Assembly: GCA_041658225.1 (NCBI GenBank)
Contig: JBBAAN010000002.1
Span: 2,124 to 66,123 of the forward strand
DNA from: Actinomycetota bacterium
GTDB taxonomy: Bacteria > Actinomycetota > CALGFH01 > JBBAAN01
Length of the DNA: 64,000 nt
Direction: 5' to 3'
Positions 1 through 16,607 of this stretch are shown here, piece by piece. The notes under the pieces were generated by a model, which was not told the origin of the DNA, did not search any database, and saw only the letters and a list, made by a program, of their open reading frames with translations. The number at the start of each line of letters is the position of its first letter. Position 1 is the stretch's first letter. The position numbers and the translations under genes were made by a program.

Positions 1-513
1 TCGTCGTTGACGACGATCTCGTCGAAGTGCCCGGACTGGCGCATTTCACGGGCCGCCGCGGCCAGCCGGCGCTGCTTGCCTGCCTCGTCTTCCGTGCCGC
101 GCTTGCCCAGCCGGCGTGCCAGTTCCTCGGCTGAGGGGGGCATGACGAACACGAGCAGCGCCTCCGTGCAGGCCGCCTTCACCTGGCGCGCGCCCTGCAC
201 GTCGATTTCCAGCAGCACGTCCCGACCGCCCGCCAGCGCTTCCTCCACCGGGGCCCTGGGCGTTCCGTAATAGTGCCCGTAGACCTCGGCCCACTCAAGG
301 AGCCCGCCGCCCTCGCGCAGTTGCTCGAACTCCTCGCGGCGCACGAAGCGGTAGTGGCGTCCCTGCCCCTCCCCGCGGCGCGGCGGCCGGGTCGTGACGG
401 ACACCGACACCATCAGATCCGGACGAGCCGCAGCCACCGCCGCCACCACGCTCGACTTGCCCACGCCCGAAGGTCCGGACACCACCAGCAGCCGGCCGCG
501 GATTCCGGGCATA
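1..513 (-). CDS. gmk: Guanylate kinase, 3' end truncated by window edge. Manual translation from ATG at 513-511 gives MPGIRGRLLVVSGPSGVGKSS (P-loop).
   Basis: Manual reverse-strand translation; Walker A motif GPSGVGK; conserved position downstream of mihF in actinobacteria. Not in ORF track because no stop within window. Confidence 0.85.
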
Positions 514-549
514 CCTGAAGTTGGAGAGGTGGCCACCTGTGGAGTGATG

Positions 550-861
550 CTACTTGCCGAACTCGGCCAGCAGTTGCTCGCGCTGCTTGCTGCCCAGTCC
601 GCGCACCCGCCGGCTCGGTGAGATGTCCAACCGTTCCATGGTGCGCCGGCTGCGCACCTTGCCCATGCCCGGCAGAGACTCGATGACGGCGGAAACCTTC
701 ATCTTGCCGACCATGTCGTCATCTTCCTTGTCCAACAACGCCCGCAGCGGCAGTGCGCCGGTCTTCAGTTGCTCCTTCAAGTCGGCTCTAAGGCGCCGCA
801 ACTCTGCCGCCTTCGCCAGCGCCTGCTCTCGCTGCTGTTTGGTAAGGACGGGCAGCGCCAT
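550..861 (-). CDS. mihF: Actinobacterial integration host factor mIHF. The ORF extends to 882, but the likely start is the MALPVLTKQQREQ methionine.
   Basis: Protein MALPVLTKQQREQALAKAAELRRLRADLKEQLK resembles mycobacterial/streptomycete mIHF/sIHF N-terminus; conserved pyrF-mihF-gmk synteny. Confidence 0.8.
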   Translation of the reverse strand: MALPVLTKQQREQALAKAAELRRLRADLKEQLKTGALPLRALLDKEDDDMVGKMKVSAVIESLPGMGKVRSRRTMERLDISPSRRVRGLGSKQREQLLAEFGK

Positions 862-1048
862 CGACTCCCCCTCTCGGGCCATCCAGGCCAGGGCGCGCGC
901 ATTCTACTCCAGCCCCCCAACGGCCATCAACGGATGCGGCGTGCCCGAAGGCCAAGTGATGGGAACCCGACGCACCTCAACGCCACGCCCACAGCCATCC
1001 CCTCGGTCATCGGGGACGCGGGGACGTTCGAATGCGACCCCATGTGAT

Positions 1049-1651
1049 CTAGCCCGAGCCGGAAAGCCGCCGGCTACCCGGGGAGTGGACGGGTTCCCCC
1101 GACCGGCACAAGGCGCACTCGGAGGGGTCCCAACTCTTTGCCTGCACCACGGCCAAGCTCTGAAGCGAAAACGGAACCTCGGTCCCGGAAGTTCGATCGA
1201 CGAGGCTCGCCACCCCCACCACCTCGGCCCCCGCCGAGCGAACCAGATCCACCACCTCGGCCAACGAGCCTCCCGTGGTCACCACGTCCTCGACGACCAG
1301 GGCGCGCTCGGCCGGGTAGATCTCAAAGCCGCGGCGCAAGGTCATCCTGCCGCTCTCGCGCTCGCTGAAGACCATCCGGCAACCCATCTCAAGGGCCACC
1401 GCGAAGCCGAGCACGATCCCCCCGACCGCCGGTGAGACAACCACATCGATGGGAGATTCCTCGGCACCCTCCGAGCGGTAGCGGTTGGCGATCGCTTGAC
1501 CGAAAGACTCCGCCAGGTGCGGATACTGCAACACCCTGGCGCATTGCAGGTAGGTGTCCGAGTGGCGCCCCGAAGAGAGCTTGAAGTGGCCGTGCTGAAG
1601 GACCCCGTAGGTCCTGAGCACCTCCATCACCTCACCCTGATTCATCGTCAT
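1049..1651 (-). CDS. pyrE: Orotate phosphoribosyltransferase. Start taken at MTMNQGEVME rather than the upstream in-frame ORF extension.
   Basis: PRTase motif VVEDVVTTGGS; ORF-track protein 1049..1948. The upstream 100 aa is low-complexity, overlaps pyrF in another frame, and is likely spurious. Confidence 0.85.
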   Translation of the reverse strand: MTMNQGEVMEVLRTYGVLQHGHFKLSSGRHSDTYLQCARVLQYPHLAESFGQAIANRYRSEGAEESPIDVVVSPAVGGIVLGFAVALEMGCRMVFSERESGRMTLRRGFEIYPAERALVVEDVVTTGGSLAEVVDLVRSAGAEVVGVASLVDRTSGTEVPFSLQSLAVVQAKSWDPSECALCRSGEPVHSPGSRRLSGSG

Positions 1652-2388
1652 CCCCGTCCCTTCAAGCTCTCCTCGACGATTACCTCTGCGGCACGCACCG
1701 GGTCCTGAGCGCGGGTGATCGGCCGACCCACCACCAGCACGTCCGCCCCCGCGGCCAACGCCTCCGCGGGCCCGAGCGTCCGGCGTTGATCGCCCAGGTC
1801 CGTACCGGACGAACGGATTCCGGGCGTCACGATCAGCGCCTCCCCCCCGATCGCCGACCTCACTGCGGCCACCTCCAGAGGCGAGCACACGATCGCCCCG
1901 CATCCGGCCTCCACGGCCAGGCGCGCGCGAAGGAGCACCGTCTCCCACGCCCCGCCGGTCACACCCACCGACTCCAGATCCTCCTCGCCCAGACTCGTCA
2001 GCACCGTCACGCCTGCCAGGCGAGCCCGCGGCGCGACGTCCGACAGGGACTTTGCCCCGGCCTCGAGCATGGCCCTGCCCCCTCCGGCGTGCGCCGTGAC
2101 CAGCACGGGATCCAGACGCCCCAGCGCTCTCGCGGCTCCGGCCACCGTCGCCGGGATGTCGTGGAGCTTGACGTCCATGAAGACCTCATGGCCCTGCTCG
2201 CGCAGCCGGGTGACCACCCCGGTGCCTGCCGACCAAAGCAGCTCCAACCCCACCTTGACCAGCCCCACGCGCCCGGCCAGCATCGCGCCCCATGCCAGCG
2301 CCTGCTCGACATCGGAGGTGTCCAGCGCCACCGCCACGGGATTATCCGCCCGAGGCCGCCATTTCGCGCTGGGAATTGAACCGCTCAC
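1648..2388 (-). CDS. pyrF: Orotidine-5'-phosphate decarboxylase with a GTG start at 2388.
   Basis: Motifs VALD...DVKLHDIP...; GTG start overlaps pyrD stop (GTGA) with GGTGAG just upstream. Confidence 0.85.
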   Translation of the reverse strand: MSGSIPSAKWRPRADNPVAVALDTSDVEQALAWGAMLAGRVGLVKVGLELLWSAGTGVVTRLREQGHEVFMDVKLHDIPATVAGAARALGRLDPVLVTAHAGGGRAMLEAGAKSLSDVAPRARLAGVTVLTSLGEEDLESVGVTGGAWETVLLRARLAVEAGCGAIVCSPLEVAAVRSAIGGEALIVTPGIRSSGTDLGDQRRTLGPAEALAAGADVLVVGRPITRAQDPVRAAEVIVEESLKGRG

Positions 2389-3326
2389 ATTCTCACCTGT
2401 CCGCGCAGATCGCCGAGGCGTGCCACGCCCTGTTCCTCGCAGAGGCGCCCCAGTCCCTCGATCACCTCCGGCACGACCATCGGATTCATGAAGTTCGCCG
2501 TCCCGATCGCCACGGCCGTGGCGCCGGCGAGGATGAACTCCACCGCATCTTCCGCGCACGCGATGCCCCCGATCCCGATGATCGGCGCCTCGGGGAAGGC
2601 TTGGGCGACTTGATGCACACAGCGCACGGCAATCGGGCGGATGGCCGGCCCGGACAGCCCCCCCGTGCCGGCCGCCAGTCTCGCCCGGTGCGTTCGCACG
2701 TCGATCGCAAGACCCAGCAGAGTGTTGATGAGAGACAGTCCATCGGCGCCCGAGCGCAGAGCCGCCTCGGCCACCTCAACGATCGAGGTCACGTCGGCGG
2801 TGAGCTTGGCAAACACCGGCACCGTCACAACTCGCCGGACCGCCGCGACCACGGCCATCGTCGCCGAGGCGCTGCACGCAAACACCAACCCCCGGTTCTC
2901 GACGTTGGGACACGAGAGGTTCACCTCGATAGCCGAGACTGCCGGCTCACGGCGCAGCCTCTCAGCCACCGCAGCATACCCCGAGGGGTCCGAGCCCACG
3001 ATCGAGACGATCACCGGAACGCCCAGCCCCGCCAGCCACGGCAGGTCGCGCTCGCAAAAAACATCGACCCCGGGGTTCTCCAATCCGATCGCGTTCAGCA
3101 TCCCCGATGGGGTCTCGGCCACTCGTGGGGTCGGCCGGCCGGAACGCGCTTCCAGGCTGACCGACTTCACCACGACCGCGCCCATCGTGCTCAGGTCGTA
3201 GAACTGCGACATCTCCCGGCCGCAGCCGAAGCAGCCCGAAGCGGACATCACCGGGTTGGCCAGCCGGATGCCCGCCAGGTCCACGGAGAGATCCGCTCCG
3301 CTTGGAGCAGGCGCATCCCGCTTCAT
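2385..3326 (-). CDS. pyrD: Dihydroorotate dehydrogenase catalytic subunit, class 1B type.
   Basis: Protein [34 protein letters not shown]...; ATGA overlap with pyrK stop. Confidence 0.85.
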   Translation of the reverse strand: MKRDAPAPSGADLSVDLAGIRLANPVMSASGCFGCGREMSQFYDLSTMGAVVVKSVSLEARSGRPTPRVAETPSGMLNAIGLENPGVDVFCERDLPWLAGLGVPVIVSIVGSDPSGYAAVAERLRREPAVSAIEVNLSCPNVENRGLVFACSASATMAVVAAVRRVVTVPVFAKLTADVTSIVEVAEAALRSGADGLSLINTLLGLAIDVRTHRARLAAGTGGLSGPAIRPIAVRCVHQVAQAFPEAPIIGIGGIACAEDAVEFILAGATAVAIGTANFMNPMVVPEVIEGLGRLCEEQGVARLGDLRGQVRM

Positions 3327-4177
3327 CGCCCCGCCACCTCGTCCCAGCGGATCGTCTCCGCGGGGAAGACCGGGCCGTCCACACACGCGCGGGCGTGGCC
3401 ACGCCCGCCATCCTTGCCGGAATCCTTCACGGGTATCACGCAGCTTCCGCAGACCCCCACGCCGCAGGCCATCAGACTCTCCACCGCAACCTGGCAGCGC
3501 ACCCCGGCCCGGGCGCAGATGCGCGCCACCGCCGCCAGCATCCCCATCGGACCACACGCATAGACCACGTCGGTATGGCCACGACTCATCGCGTCTTCCA
3601 GGTACTCACACGCCAAACCTTTCTCTCCCTGCGAACCGTCCTCAGTGACGAAGGTGATGCTCGAGGCCATCCGTTTGGCGTCGATGCCCTTGAGGATGCG
3701 CCCGGCTCGAGCGGCTCCGACCAGAAAGTCCGTGCGGCAACCCCTCCCACGAAGCTCCTCAGCCAGGAACAGCAACGGAGCCACTCCGTATCCCCCGCCC
3801 ACCAGCAGACAGGAGACCGCCTCTTTGGGAAGAGGGAAACCGCGTCCGAGGGGTCCCACGATGTCGAGGGAATCGTGCGGGCGCACCTGGGCTAATGAGC
3901 GGGTGCCCTTGCCCACCACATCGAAGACGAACTCCAACGTCGCCGCCCAGCTACCGCGTTTGCCCACCTCGTGGATGGAGAACGGCCGGCGCAGGATGCA
4001 GTTCTTGTCGGCGCCGAGCGAAACGTGCAGGAACTGGCCGGGCCGAGCCCGATCGGCGATCTCCGGAGCGACCACCGTCAGGCTGTGGTACTCGCCCACC
4101 TTCTTGTAGGTGAGCACCTCACAAAGAGAGCGCACCGGTTTCGGCCTAGACCCGCTCGCAGACTGCGATGCGCTCAC
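3323..4177 (-). CDS. pyrK: Dihydroorotate dehydrogenase electron-transfer subunit with an FAD/NAD-binding domain and a C-terminal 2Fe-2S cysteine cluster.
   Basis: C-terminal CGVGVCGSC motif; ferredoxin-reductase-like N-terminus; adjacent to pyrD with 4-nt overlap. Confidence 0.8.
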   Translation of the reverse strand: MSASQSASGSRPKPVRSLCEVLTYKKVGEYHSLTVVAPEIADRARPGQFLHVSLGADKNCILRRPFSIHEVGKRGSWAATLEFVFDVVGKGTRSLAQVRPHDSLDIVGPLGRGFPLPKEAVSCLLVGGGYGVAPLLFLAEELRGRGCRTDFLVGAARAGRILKGIDAKRMASSITFVTEDGSQGEKGLACEYLEDAMSRGHTDVVYACGPMGMLAAVARICARAGVRCQVAVESLMACGVGVCGSCVIPVKDSGKDGGRGHARACVDGPVFPAETIRWDEVAGR

Positions 4178-7100
4178 CGCTCACCCCTATCCGATGCCTT
4201 CTCCGCAGCCAGGTACTCCTGCAAGGACCGAACCTTGATCTCCCCGCGCAGCAGGGCATCGATCCCCTGGATGGCCGCGGCCGCTCCCGCCAGCGTCGTT
4301 ATGCTCGGCGTCCCGGAAGTCACGGCCGCCGTGCGGATCTCATAGCCGTCAGATCGAGGACCCGAGCCCTGCGGTGTGTTGATGATGAGATCCACTTCCC
4401 CGGCACGCAACAGATCCACCACGCTGCCCGGACCTTCCGATACCTTCGGCAACGCGCGCGCCGGGATCCCGTTGCGTCTCAGGACCTCAGCCGTCCCGGC
4501 TGTTGCCAGCACCTCGAAGCCCATATCGTGCAACCGCCATGCGGGGAAGACGATGGCTCGCTTGTCCTGGTTTCGTACCGAGATGAACACTCTGCCCTTG
4601 GTGGGTAGTGCCCCGTAGGCCCCCTCTTGGGACTTGGCGTAGGCGATCCCGAAGCTCTCGTCCAGACCCATCACCTCGCCCGTCGAGCGCATCTCGGGCC
4701 CGAGAAGAGTGTCCACGCCCGGGAAGCGGGAGAAGGGCATGACGGCTTCCTTCACCGCCACATGCGTCTGCACCGGGCGCGCTGCCGCATCGTGTTCCGG
4801 CAGCATCCCGATTGCTCGCAGATCGGCCAGCTTCTCACCCACCATCACGCGAGCGGCCACCTTCGCCAGTGGAACCCCGGTGGCTTTGGAGACGAACGGC
4901 ACGGTGCGGGAGGCTCGGGGGTTGGCCTCCAGGACGAAGAGCTTGTCGTCCTTCAGTGCGAACTGGATGTTGATAAGACCGCGCACTTCGAGAGCTTCGG
5001 CCATCGCACCGACGGCGTGGCGAATACGCTCGATGTGATCCTGCCCCAACGTGATCGGCGGCAGGGCGCAGGCCGAGTCGCCGGAGTGGATCCCGGCCTC
5101 CTCGATGTGCTCCATGATCCCGCCGATGAACAGCTCCTCGCCGTCGTAGAGGGCGTCCACGTCGATCTCGATCGCGTCCTCCAGGAAACGGTCGATCAGG
5201 ATCGGCCTATTCGGGGACACCGCGGCGGCCGAGGCCAGGTAGCCGGTCAGACGGCTCTCGTCGTAGACGATCTCCATCGCCCGTCCGCCGAGCACGTAGG
5301 AGGGCCGAACCATGACCGGGTAGCCGATGCGTGAGGCAAGCGTGCGAGCCTTGTCCAGTGAGGATGCCGTGCCGTGCTGGGGTGCGTACAGCCCGAGCTC
5401 CCCGAGGATCTTGCCGAACCGGCCGCGGTCTTCGGCACGATCGATGGCGTCGGGACTGGTCCCGAGGATCCTCACACCGGCCTGCTCCAGTTGATGGGCG
5501 AGCTTGAGCGGCGTCTGTCCGCCGAGCTGCACGATCACGCCCACGGGGTTCTCGGCCTCGCAGACTGCCAGCACGTCCTCGAAAGTCAACGGCTCGAAGT
5601 ACAGCCGATCGGAGGTGTCGTAGTCGGTGGAGACGGTCTCGGGGTTGCAGTTGATCATCACCGTCTCGTATCCGGCTTCCCGCAAAGCGAAGGAAGCGTG
5701 CACACAGCAGTAGTCGAACTCGATGCCCTGACCGATCCGGTTCGGACCCGAGCCCAGGATCACCACTCGCGGCTTGTGTCCCACTCGGACCTCGGTCTCT
5801 TCCTCATAGGTCGAGTAGTAGTAAGGGGTGTATGCCTCGAACTCCGCCGCGCAGGTGTCGACCGTCTTGAACACCGGCGTCACGCCCGCCGCGCGCCTGG
5901 CCGCCAGGACACCCGCCTCATCGCTGTTCGTCAGGTGGGCGATCTGGTGATCCGAGAAGCCGTGCTGCTTGGCCCGCCTCAGTCCTTCGCCCGACAGCGC
6001 TTCCGGGCTCCCGGCGGCCTCGATCCTCGCCCGCTCCTCGCAGATCTCGCCGATCTGGTCGACGAACCAGGGGTCGATGCCGGTGATCTCCGCGATCTCA
6101 TCGTGCGCGATCCCCGCGCGCACGGCCAGCTCCAGGTCGAAGAGCCGGTTCTCCGATGGGCGGCCAATGCGTTCCTTGAGCTCCTCGATGGCAACCGGCG
6201 TCTCATCCCGATCGCCGTTCAGCCCGTAGCGGTCGGTCTCCAAGGAGCGCAGGCCCTTCTGCAGGGCCTCCTTGAAAGTGCGCCCGATGGCCATGACCTC
6301 GCCGACGCTCTTCATCGAAGTGCCCAGGACCGGGTTGGCCCCGGGGAACTTCTCGAACGCGAAGCGAGGGATCTTGACCACGATGTAGTCGATCGTGGGC
6401 TCGAAGCAGGCAAGCGTCTCACGGGTGATGTCGTTGGGGATCTCGTCGAGGGAGTAGCCGATCGCCAACTTGGCGGCGATCTTGGCGATCGGGAAGCCGG
6501 TGGCCTTGGAGGCCAGGGCCGAGGAGCGCGACACCCTCGGATTCATCTCGATCACAACCATGCGCCCCGTCTTCGGGTGCACGGCGAACTGGATGTTGGA
6601 CCCGCCGGTCTCCACCCCGATCGCGCGGATGACCTTGAGCGCCGCGTCGCGCATCACCTGGTACTCCCGGTCGGTCAAGGTGATTGCCGGAGCGACGGTG
6701 ATCGAGTCCCCGGTGTGAACCCCCATCGGGTCGACGTTCTCGATGGAGCAGACAACGACCGCATTGTCCTTGCGGTCACGCATGACCTCGAGCTCGTATT
6801 CCTTCCAGCCGGTCAGGCACTCCTCCAGCAGCACCTCGGAGATGGGTGACGCCTCGATCCCTCGCCGGCAGACCTTCACCAGATCCTCGGCACCCATTGC
6901 GATTCCCGACCCACCGCCGCCCAGGGTGAAGGAAGGGCGTACGACGATCGGAAAACCGATCTCCTCGCCGATCACCCGGGCTTCCTCGAGGGTGCGGGCG
7001 TATCCCGAGCGTGGAAGGTCCAGGCCCGCCGCCTGCATCGTCGCCTTGAACTCGCGCCGGTCCTCGCCGCGGCGGATCGCCTCGAGTGACGCCCCGATGA

Positions 7101-7443
7101 GCTCGCACCCGTAGCGATCCAGGATTCCGGTCTCCGCGAGCTTGACTGCCACGTTTAGGGCCGTCTGTCCGCCCAGGGTCGGCAGAAGCGCATCCGGGCG
7201 TTCCTTGGCCATGACCTTTTCGACGAACGCCGGTGTGATCGGCTCCAGGTAGGTGGCGTCGGCGAACTCCGGATCCGTCATGATCGTGGCGGGGTTGGAG
7301 TTCACCAGGATGACGCGGTAGCCCTCCTCACGCAGCACCCTGCATGCCTGGGTGCCCGAGTAGTCGAACTCACACGCCTGCCCGATGACGATCGGGCCCG
7401 ACCCGATGATCAGAACGCTCGAGATGTCTTCCCGACGGGGCAA
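4174..7443 (-). CDS. carB: Carbamoyl-phosphate synthase large subunit.
   Basis: 1089-aa protein with duplicated ATP-grasp halves. N-terminus [30 protein letters not shown] is diagnostic. Confidence 0.95.
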   Translation of the reverse strand: MPRREDISSVLIIGSGPIVIGQACEFDYSGTQACRVLREEGYRVILVNSNPATIMTDPEFADATYLEPITPAFVEKVMAKERPDALLPTLGGQTALNVAVKLAETGILDRYGCELIGASLEAIRRGEDRREFKATMQAAGLDLPRSGYARTLEEARVIGEEIGFPIVVRPSFTLGGGGSGIAMGAEDLVKVCRRGIEASPISEVLLEECLTGWKEYELEVMRDRKDNAVVVCSIENVDPMGVHTGDSITVAPAITLTDREYQVMRDAALKVIRAIGVETGGSNIQFAVHPKTGRMVVIEMNPRVSRSSALASKATGFPIAKIAAKLAIGYSLDEIPNDITRETLACFEPTIDYIVVKIPRFAFEKFPGANPVLGTSMKSVGEVMAIGRTFKEALQKGLRSLETDRYGLNGDRDETPVAIEELKERIGRPSENRLFDLELAVRAGIAHDEIAEITGIDPWFVDQIGEICEERARIEAAGSPEALSGEGLRRAKQHGFSDHQIAHLTNSDEAGVLAARRAAGVTPVFKTVDTCAAEFEAYTPYYYSTYEEETEVRVGHKPRVVILGSGPNRIGQGIEFDYCCVHASFALREAGYETVMINCNPETVSTDYDTSDRLYFEPLTFEDVLAVCEAENPVGVIVQLGGQTPLKLAHQLEQAGVRILGTSPDAIDRAEDRGRFGKILGELGLYAPQHGTASSLDKARTLASRIGYPVMVRPSYVLGGRAMEIVYDESRLTGYLASAAAVSPNRPILIDRFLEDAIEIDVDALYDGEELFIGGIMEHIEEAGIHSGDSACALPPITLGQDHIERIRHAVGAMAEALEVRGLINIQFALKDDKLFVLEANPRASRTVPFVSKATGVPLAKVAARVMVGEKLADLRAIGMLPEHDAAARPVQTHVAVKEAVMPFSRFPGVDTLLGPEMRSTGEVMGLDESFGIAYAKSQEGAYGALPTKGRVFISVRNQDKRAIVFPAWRLHDMGFEVLATAGTAEVLRRNGIPARALPKVSEGPGSVVDLLRAGEVDLIINTPQGSGPRSDGYEIRTAAVTSGTPSITTLAGAAAAIQGIDALLRGEIKVRSLQEYLAAEKASDRGER

Positions 7444-7515
7444 CCTACGCTCCTCCCGACTGTCTCCGCATCGCCCTACCCGCGCGTTTCCGGGTTGGCC
7501 GTGGCATAAATCGCT

Positions 7516-8664
7516 CTACGCTCCAGTGCTTACGCTCGTCTTGCCCGCAGTCATGAGGGCCGAGAACTCCTCAAAGAGATGACCGGCGTCGTGCGGCCCC
7601 GGGGCCGCCTCCGGGTGGTACTGGACTGAGAAGGCCGGGATGTCCAGGCAGCGCAGGCCCTCCACCGTGTCGTCGTTCAAGTTGACGTGGCTGACGACCA
7701 CCCGCCCGAACCGGGTCTTGAACACCCCCGGTTCCACCTCGGCTCCCAGCGATGCCGCCTCGACCGCGAAGCCGTGGTTGTGGCTCGTTACCTCAACCCG
7801 GTCGGCGGCAAGGTCCTTCACCGGCTGGTTCACCCCACGATGACCGAACTTGAGCTTGTAGGTCTTGGCGCCCAGCGCCAGACCGAGAAGTTGATGGCCG
7901 AGGCAGATCCCGAAGATCGGCACCCGTCCCAGGAGCTTGCCGACCGCCTCGATGGCATAGGTGACCGCCGCGGGATCGCCCGGGCCGTTGGATAGGAACA
8001 TCCCGTCGGGCGAGGTGGCCAGGATCTCTTCGGCCGGCGTGGCGGCCGGGTAGACGCTCGTGTCGCATCCGGCCACCGCCAGGAGTCTCGTGATGTTGGT
8101 CTTGATCCCGAAGTCGTACGCCGCGACCTTGAAGCGCGCCTTGCCTTCAGCGCTCACCCCGTAGGGCCTGGAGCACGTGACCTCCGAAGCGAGGTCCGCC
8201 CCCACCATCTCAGGGGACAGGCGCACCCGGGCCAGCAGCGAAGCGGGGCTGAGATCCTCGGAGGACACCACAGCACGCATCGCGCCTTCCATCCGCAACC
8301 TGCGCGTCAGTCGCCGCGTGTCGACTCCCTCGATACCGGGAACGCCGGCTTCGGCGAGGTAGTCGACCAGACTGCCGCTCGAGCGCCAGTTGCTGGGTCT
8401 TGACACCGCCTCCCGAACGACGAAGGCGGCCACCTGCACGCCGGTTGACTCCACGTCCTCGGCGTTCACGCCGTAGTTGCCGATGTGGGGCGCCGTCATG
8501 GCGACGACCTGGCGGCGGTAGGAGGGATCGGTGAGCACTTCCTGATAGCCGCACATGCCGGTGTTGAACACAGCCTCTCCGAAGGCCGTACCGCAGGCCC
8601 CGAACGAACGACCCTCGAAGACGCTGCCGTCCTCCAACACCAGCAATGCCGGGGTCGTCTTCAT
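7516..8664 (-). CDS. carA: Carbamoyl-phosphate synthase small (glutamine amidotransferase) subunit. Start at [18 protein letters not shown].
   Basis: GATase motifs GICLGHQ...HNHG; ORF extends upstream in frame, but conserved N-terminus begins at [13 protein letters not shown]. Confidence 0.9.
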   Translation of the reverse strand: MKTTPALLVLEDGSVFEGRSFGACGTAFGEAVFNTGMCGYQEVLTDPSYRRQVVAMTAPHIGNYGVNAEDVESTGVQVAAFVVREAVSRPSNWRSSGSLVDYLAEAGVPGIEGVDTRRLTRRLRMEGAMRAVVSSEDLSPASLLARVRLSPEMVGADLASEVTCSRPYGVSAEGKARFKVAAYDFGIKTNITRLLAVAGCDTSVYPAATPAEEILATSPDGMFLSNGPGDPAAVTYAIEAVGKLLGRVPIFGICLGHQLLGLALGAKTYKLKFGHRGVNQPVKDLAADRVEVTSHNHGFAVEAASLGAEVEPGVFKTRFGRVVVSHVNLNDDTVEGLRCLDIPAFSVQYHPEAAPGPHDAGHLFEEFSALMTAGKTSVSTGA

Positions 8665-9964
8665 CTCTGAGCCATCCCGTCGCGCACGGTGAACTGCCCG
8701 CGCAGCAGGGTGTGGCGGGTCTTGCCCACCAGACGCTCGCCCGCCCACGGGGTGTTGCGCGACCGGGAGGCCATGGCCACCGGATCCACCATCCATTCCC
8801 GCGCCGGGTCGAAGACGGTGAGATTGGCCGGCCGTCCCGCCTCGAGCGGGCCGCCGTGTCCGCTCAGGTGGCGCACCCGCGCCGGCCCCGCCGTAAGCCT
8901 CTCCACCAGTACCGCCAGCTCGACCACACCCGGCACGACCAACTCGGTGATCGCAACTCCAAGCGCCGTTTCGAGCCCGAGCATCCCGAAAGGCGCAGCC
9001 TCGAACTCCCGCTCCTTCTCCTCAGTGGAGTGAGGGGCGTGATCGGTGGCGATGGCATCGATCGTCCCATCGGCCAGTCCCGCCCGCAGGGCTTGAACGT
9101 CGGCCGCGGTGCGAAGTGGAGGGTTGACCTTGTATACGGGATCGTAGCCAACGACCAGGTCCTCGGTGAGCGAGAGGTGGTGCGGCGTTACCTCGGCCGT
9201 GATACGGGCGTTTCGCGCCTTGGCCCGTCTGACGATATCGACCGCGCCGGCGGTGGACAGGTGCAGGACGTGCAGCCGGGCGCCGGCCAACTCCGCCAGT
9301 AGCACGTCGCGCGCGATCATGGCTTCCTCGGCGACCGCCGGCCATCCGGCCAGCCCCAGCAGCGCGGACACCTCGCCCTCGTTCATCTGCCCCGTCCCCG
9401 CGAGCTGCGCGTCCTCGCAGTGTTCGGCGATGACCCCGTCGAAGATCCTCGAGTACTCCAGGGCCCGGCGCATCAGCAGCGCGTCCTGAACCCCATGGCC
9501 ATCGTCGGAGAAGAAGTTGACCGCCGCGACCGAGCGAGCCATCGTGCCCATCTCCGCCAGAGCCTCTCCCCTAAGCCCCACCGTGATGGCCCCCACCGGG
9601 TACACGTCGGCCAGTCCTACGTCCCGTCCCCGCTTGGCCAGGTACTCACACACCGCGGGGTCGTCCGCCACCGGATCGGTGTTGGGCATCGCGCAAACAG
9701 CGGTGTATCCACCCAGTGCCGCGGCTCGGCAGCCGGTCTCGATCGTCTCCTCATCCTCGCGCCCCGGCTCGCGCAGGTGAGCGTGGAGGTCGATGAAGCC
9801 GGGACAGACGACCAGCCCCGCGCAGTCGACCACCTGCGCCTTGGTCGCCTCCAGTCCCCGGCCCACCTCGAGGATCGCCTCGCCCTCGACCAGGACGTCG
9901 GCCACCCCGTCGCGGCCCGAGGCGGGGTCGATGACCCGCCCGCCGCGCAACAGCAGCCTGTTCT

Positions 9965-9968
<4 letters not shown>
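8661..9968 (-). CDS. pyrC: Dihydroorotase with a GTG start.
   Basis: Metal-binding motif [10 protein letters not shown] and later DHAPH; GTG start overlapping pyrB stop (GTGA). Confidence 0.85.
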
Positions 9969-14745
<4,777 letters not shown>

Positions 14746-14749
<4 letters not shown>

Positions 14750-15594
14750 CGCGCTCCTCCAGCGGTCCTGTCGTCTCCACGCCCTTCATGCCCCGGCGCA
14801 AGAGCGGATCTCGCGTGGCTGAGGAACACCGAGCGCAGGATGTCGGGGCGGTCGAGCAGGTCGGCCGTAGGACCGGAGAAGCGGACCCTGCCTCGCTCCA
14901 AGAAGTAGGCGCGGTCGCAGACCGACAGCGCCACGTTGACCGACTGCTCCACCAGAAGCAGGCTCACTCCCTGCTGCTGAAGCTCTCGCACGAACCCCGC
15001 CAGGCGCTCGACGACCACCGGCGCCAGACCCAGGGAAAGCTCGTCGACCATGAGTAGCACGGGCTTGGTCAATAACGCTCGCCCGATGGCCAGCATCTGC
15101 TGCTGCCCGCCCGACAGTGTCCCCGCCCGCTGGCTCTGCCGGTCCGCAAGCTCGGGGAAAGATGCGAAGACTCGATCGATCCCCTCCTCCACCTTCCTGC
15201 GGTTGTTGATGAAGTAGGCGCTCGTGCGCAAGTTCTCCAGCACCGACAGGGAGGGGAACACGCTGCGCCCGCCCGGAACGTGGGTGATCCCCAGGCGCAC
15301 CCGCCGCTCGGCCGGGATCTTCGTCACGTCGCGCCCTTGGAAGAAGACGGCGCCGTTGGAGGGAACGCTCAAGCCCGAGATGTTACGAAGCACCGTGGAC
15401 TTGCCGGCCCCGTTGGTGCCAAGCAGGGCGACCGCCTCGCCTTGGCGCACTTCCAGGTCCACCCCGAACAAGACCTGTACCGAGCCGTAGCTGAAGGTGA
15501 CGTTTCGGGCTTCCAGCACGGGCGTGCCTTGGTCCACCAACGCCCCTCCCGATTGCTCTGACTCCGGCAAAAGCACGCCCGATCCCCCCGCCAT
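14746..15594 (-). CDS. livF: Branched-chain amino acid ABC transporter ATP-binding protein, LivF-like.
   Basis: Walker A GTNGAGKST, signature LSGGQQQM, Walker B LLMVDE. Start inferred at MAGGSG.., while the ORF extends to 15633. Confidence 0.85.
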
Positions 15595-15690
15595 TCGACC
15601 ATGGCAACCACGCCTCTCACGGTCGTTCACCATGTCAGACGGCCTTGCCGAGCCGCAAGCACCCGCCTCTGGCGTGATTGGGACGGGACG

Positions 15691-15960
15691 CTACAGACCG
15701 GCGACCACACGCTCCAACTCGCTTCGGTCGATCACCCGGTAGACGAGGAACCCGTCTGGAGTGGGCCGGTAGATGATGCGGTGGGAACCAACCCTCAACC
15801 GGTGCCAGGGCTCCCGGCCATGGAGGGGGCGCAGGTCGAGATTGGATGCACCTGTGGCGAAACCCCGCAGCGCTTGGGCCATGGACTCCCGGCCGGCCGG
15901 CGGCATGGCCCGCAGGTCGCGCTGAGCGCGCTTCGACAGGTCGATGCGTCGGCGCATCAC
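15691..15960 (-). CDS. Type II toxin of the RelE/ParE superfamily.
   Basis: 89 aa; motif RVGSHRIIYRPTPDGFLVYRVIDRSE is typical of RelE/ParE toxins. Lies 9 nt downstream of a Phd-like antitoxin gene. Confidence 0.7.
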   Translation of the reverse strand: MMRRRIDLSKRAQRDLRAMPPAGRESMAQALRGFATGASNLDLRPLHGREPWHRLRVGSHRIIYRPTPDGFLVYRVIDRSELERVVAGL

Positions 15961-15969
15961 GCGCGCGAC

Positions 15970-16386
15970 TCAGTGAGCGCGGGCTCTCGTCGGGCCGGCC
16001 TTGGGCACTTTGCCTGGGGCGGCTTCCTTGCGCACGGAGATCTTCCCGGGTCGCGCAACCGCCGGCCGGCCCGTCTTGTCGGCAAGCCGCAAGGCCTTGT
16101 CCCCAGCGAGCCTCTTCGCGGCCGCAGGGCGATCCAGTCCGGCCAGGAAGTCCTCGAGGCCAGCCGTTTGCCCGCGCGCATACTCGGCCTCCGCGGCCTT
16201 CATTCCGCGGACAAACTCCGGAGCGTTGGCCAGCACCCAGTCCTCGAGGGCGTCGGGGTCGATGGCGACCACGGCGGCAACGGGTTTGCCGTAGCGGGCG
16301 ACGATAGCCGGGCGGCCGGTTCGCGCGACCCCCGCTACGACCGCGGACGCCCCCCTTGCCAGGTCCCGGATGCTTACTGTCGTCAT
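15970..16386 (-). CDS. Phd/YefM-family antitoxin with an unusually long basic K/R/A/P-rich C-terminal tail.
   Basis: N-terminus MTTVSIRDLARGASAVVAGVARTGRPAIVARYGKPVAAVVAIDP matches Phd/YefM fold signature. About 139 aa against the usual 80-90. Confidence 0.65.
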   Translation of the reverse strand: MTTVSIRDLARGASAVVAGVARTGRPAIVARYGKPVAAVVAIDPDALEDWVLANAPEFVRGMKAAEAEYARGQTAGLEDFLAGLDRPAAAKRLAGDKALRLADKTGRPAVARPGKISVRKEAAPGKVPKAGPTRARAH

Positions 16387-16607
16387 TGCGTCTCCTTTCG
16401 ATTGTGCCACACAAGTGTCACACAGATCGCGCGCGTGTCAAGCGTGCGCGTGGGTGTCGGTTCGGGGGACCGCGGGTGCCGCCTGAGCGCGGCTTATGCA
16501 CCCGCCGGGTCCGGACAGGACGTGCGGTGTTCGCGCGCGTTGCCCCGGTCCCGTCCGGAGTCTCCGCGTCCCTCCTACCAGCGCCCTCGTTCGCGGCCGC
16601 CCGGCTA

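Noticed and set aside
554-1435. Long plus-strand ORFs antisense to real genes. Examples: 554-1435, 2292-3563, 5374-6849, 16356-18278, 17719-19395, 20960-22411, 23135-24805, 27757-29400, 29401-31530, 38829-40055, 41322-42626, 53620-55104, 56744-58420, 60902-62716. Also minus-strand 18254-19837, 22197-23240 and 46735-47823.
   Set aside because: These are typical high-GC artefacts: Arg/Pro/Gly/His-rich low-complexity translations, no recognisable motifs, and each lies fully inside a well-supported gene on the opposite strand or in another frame.
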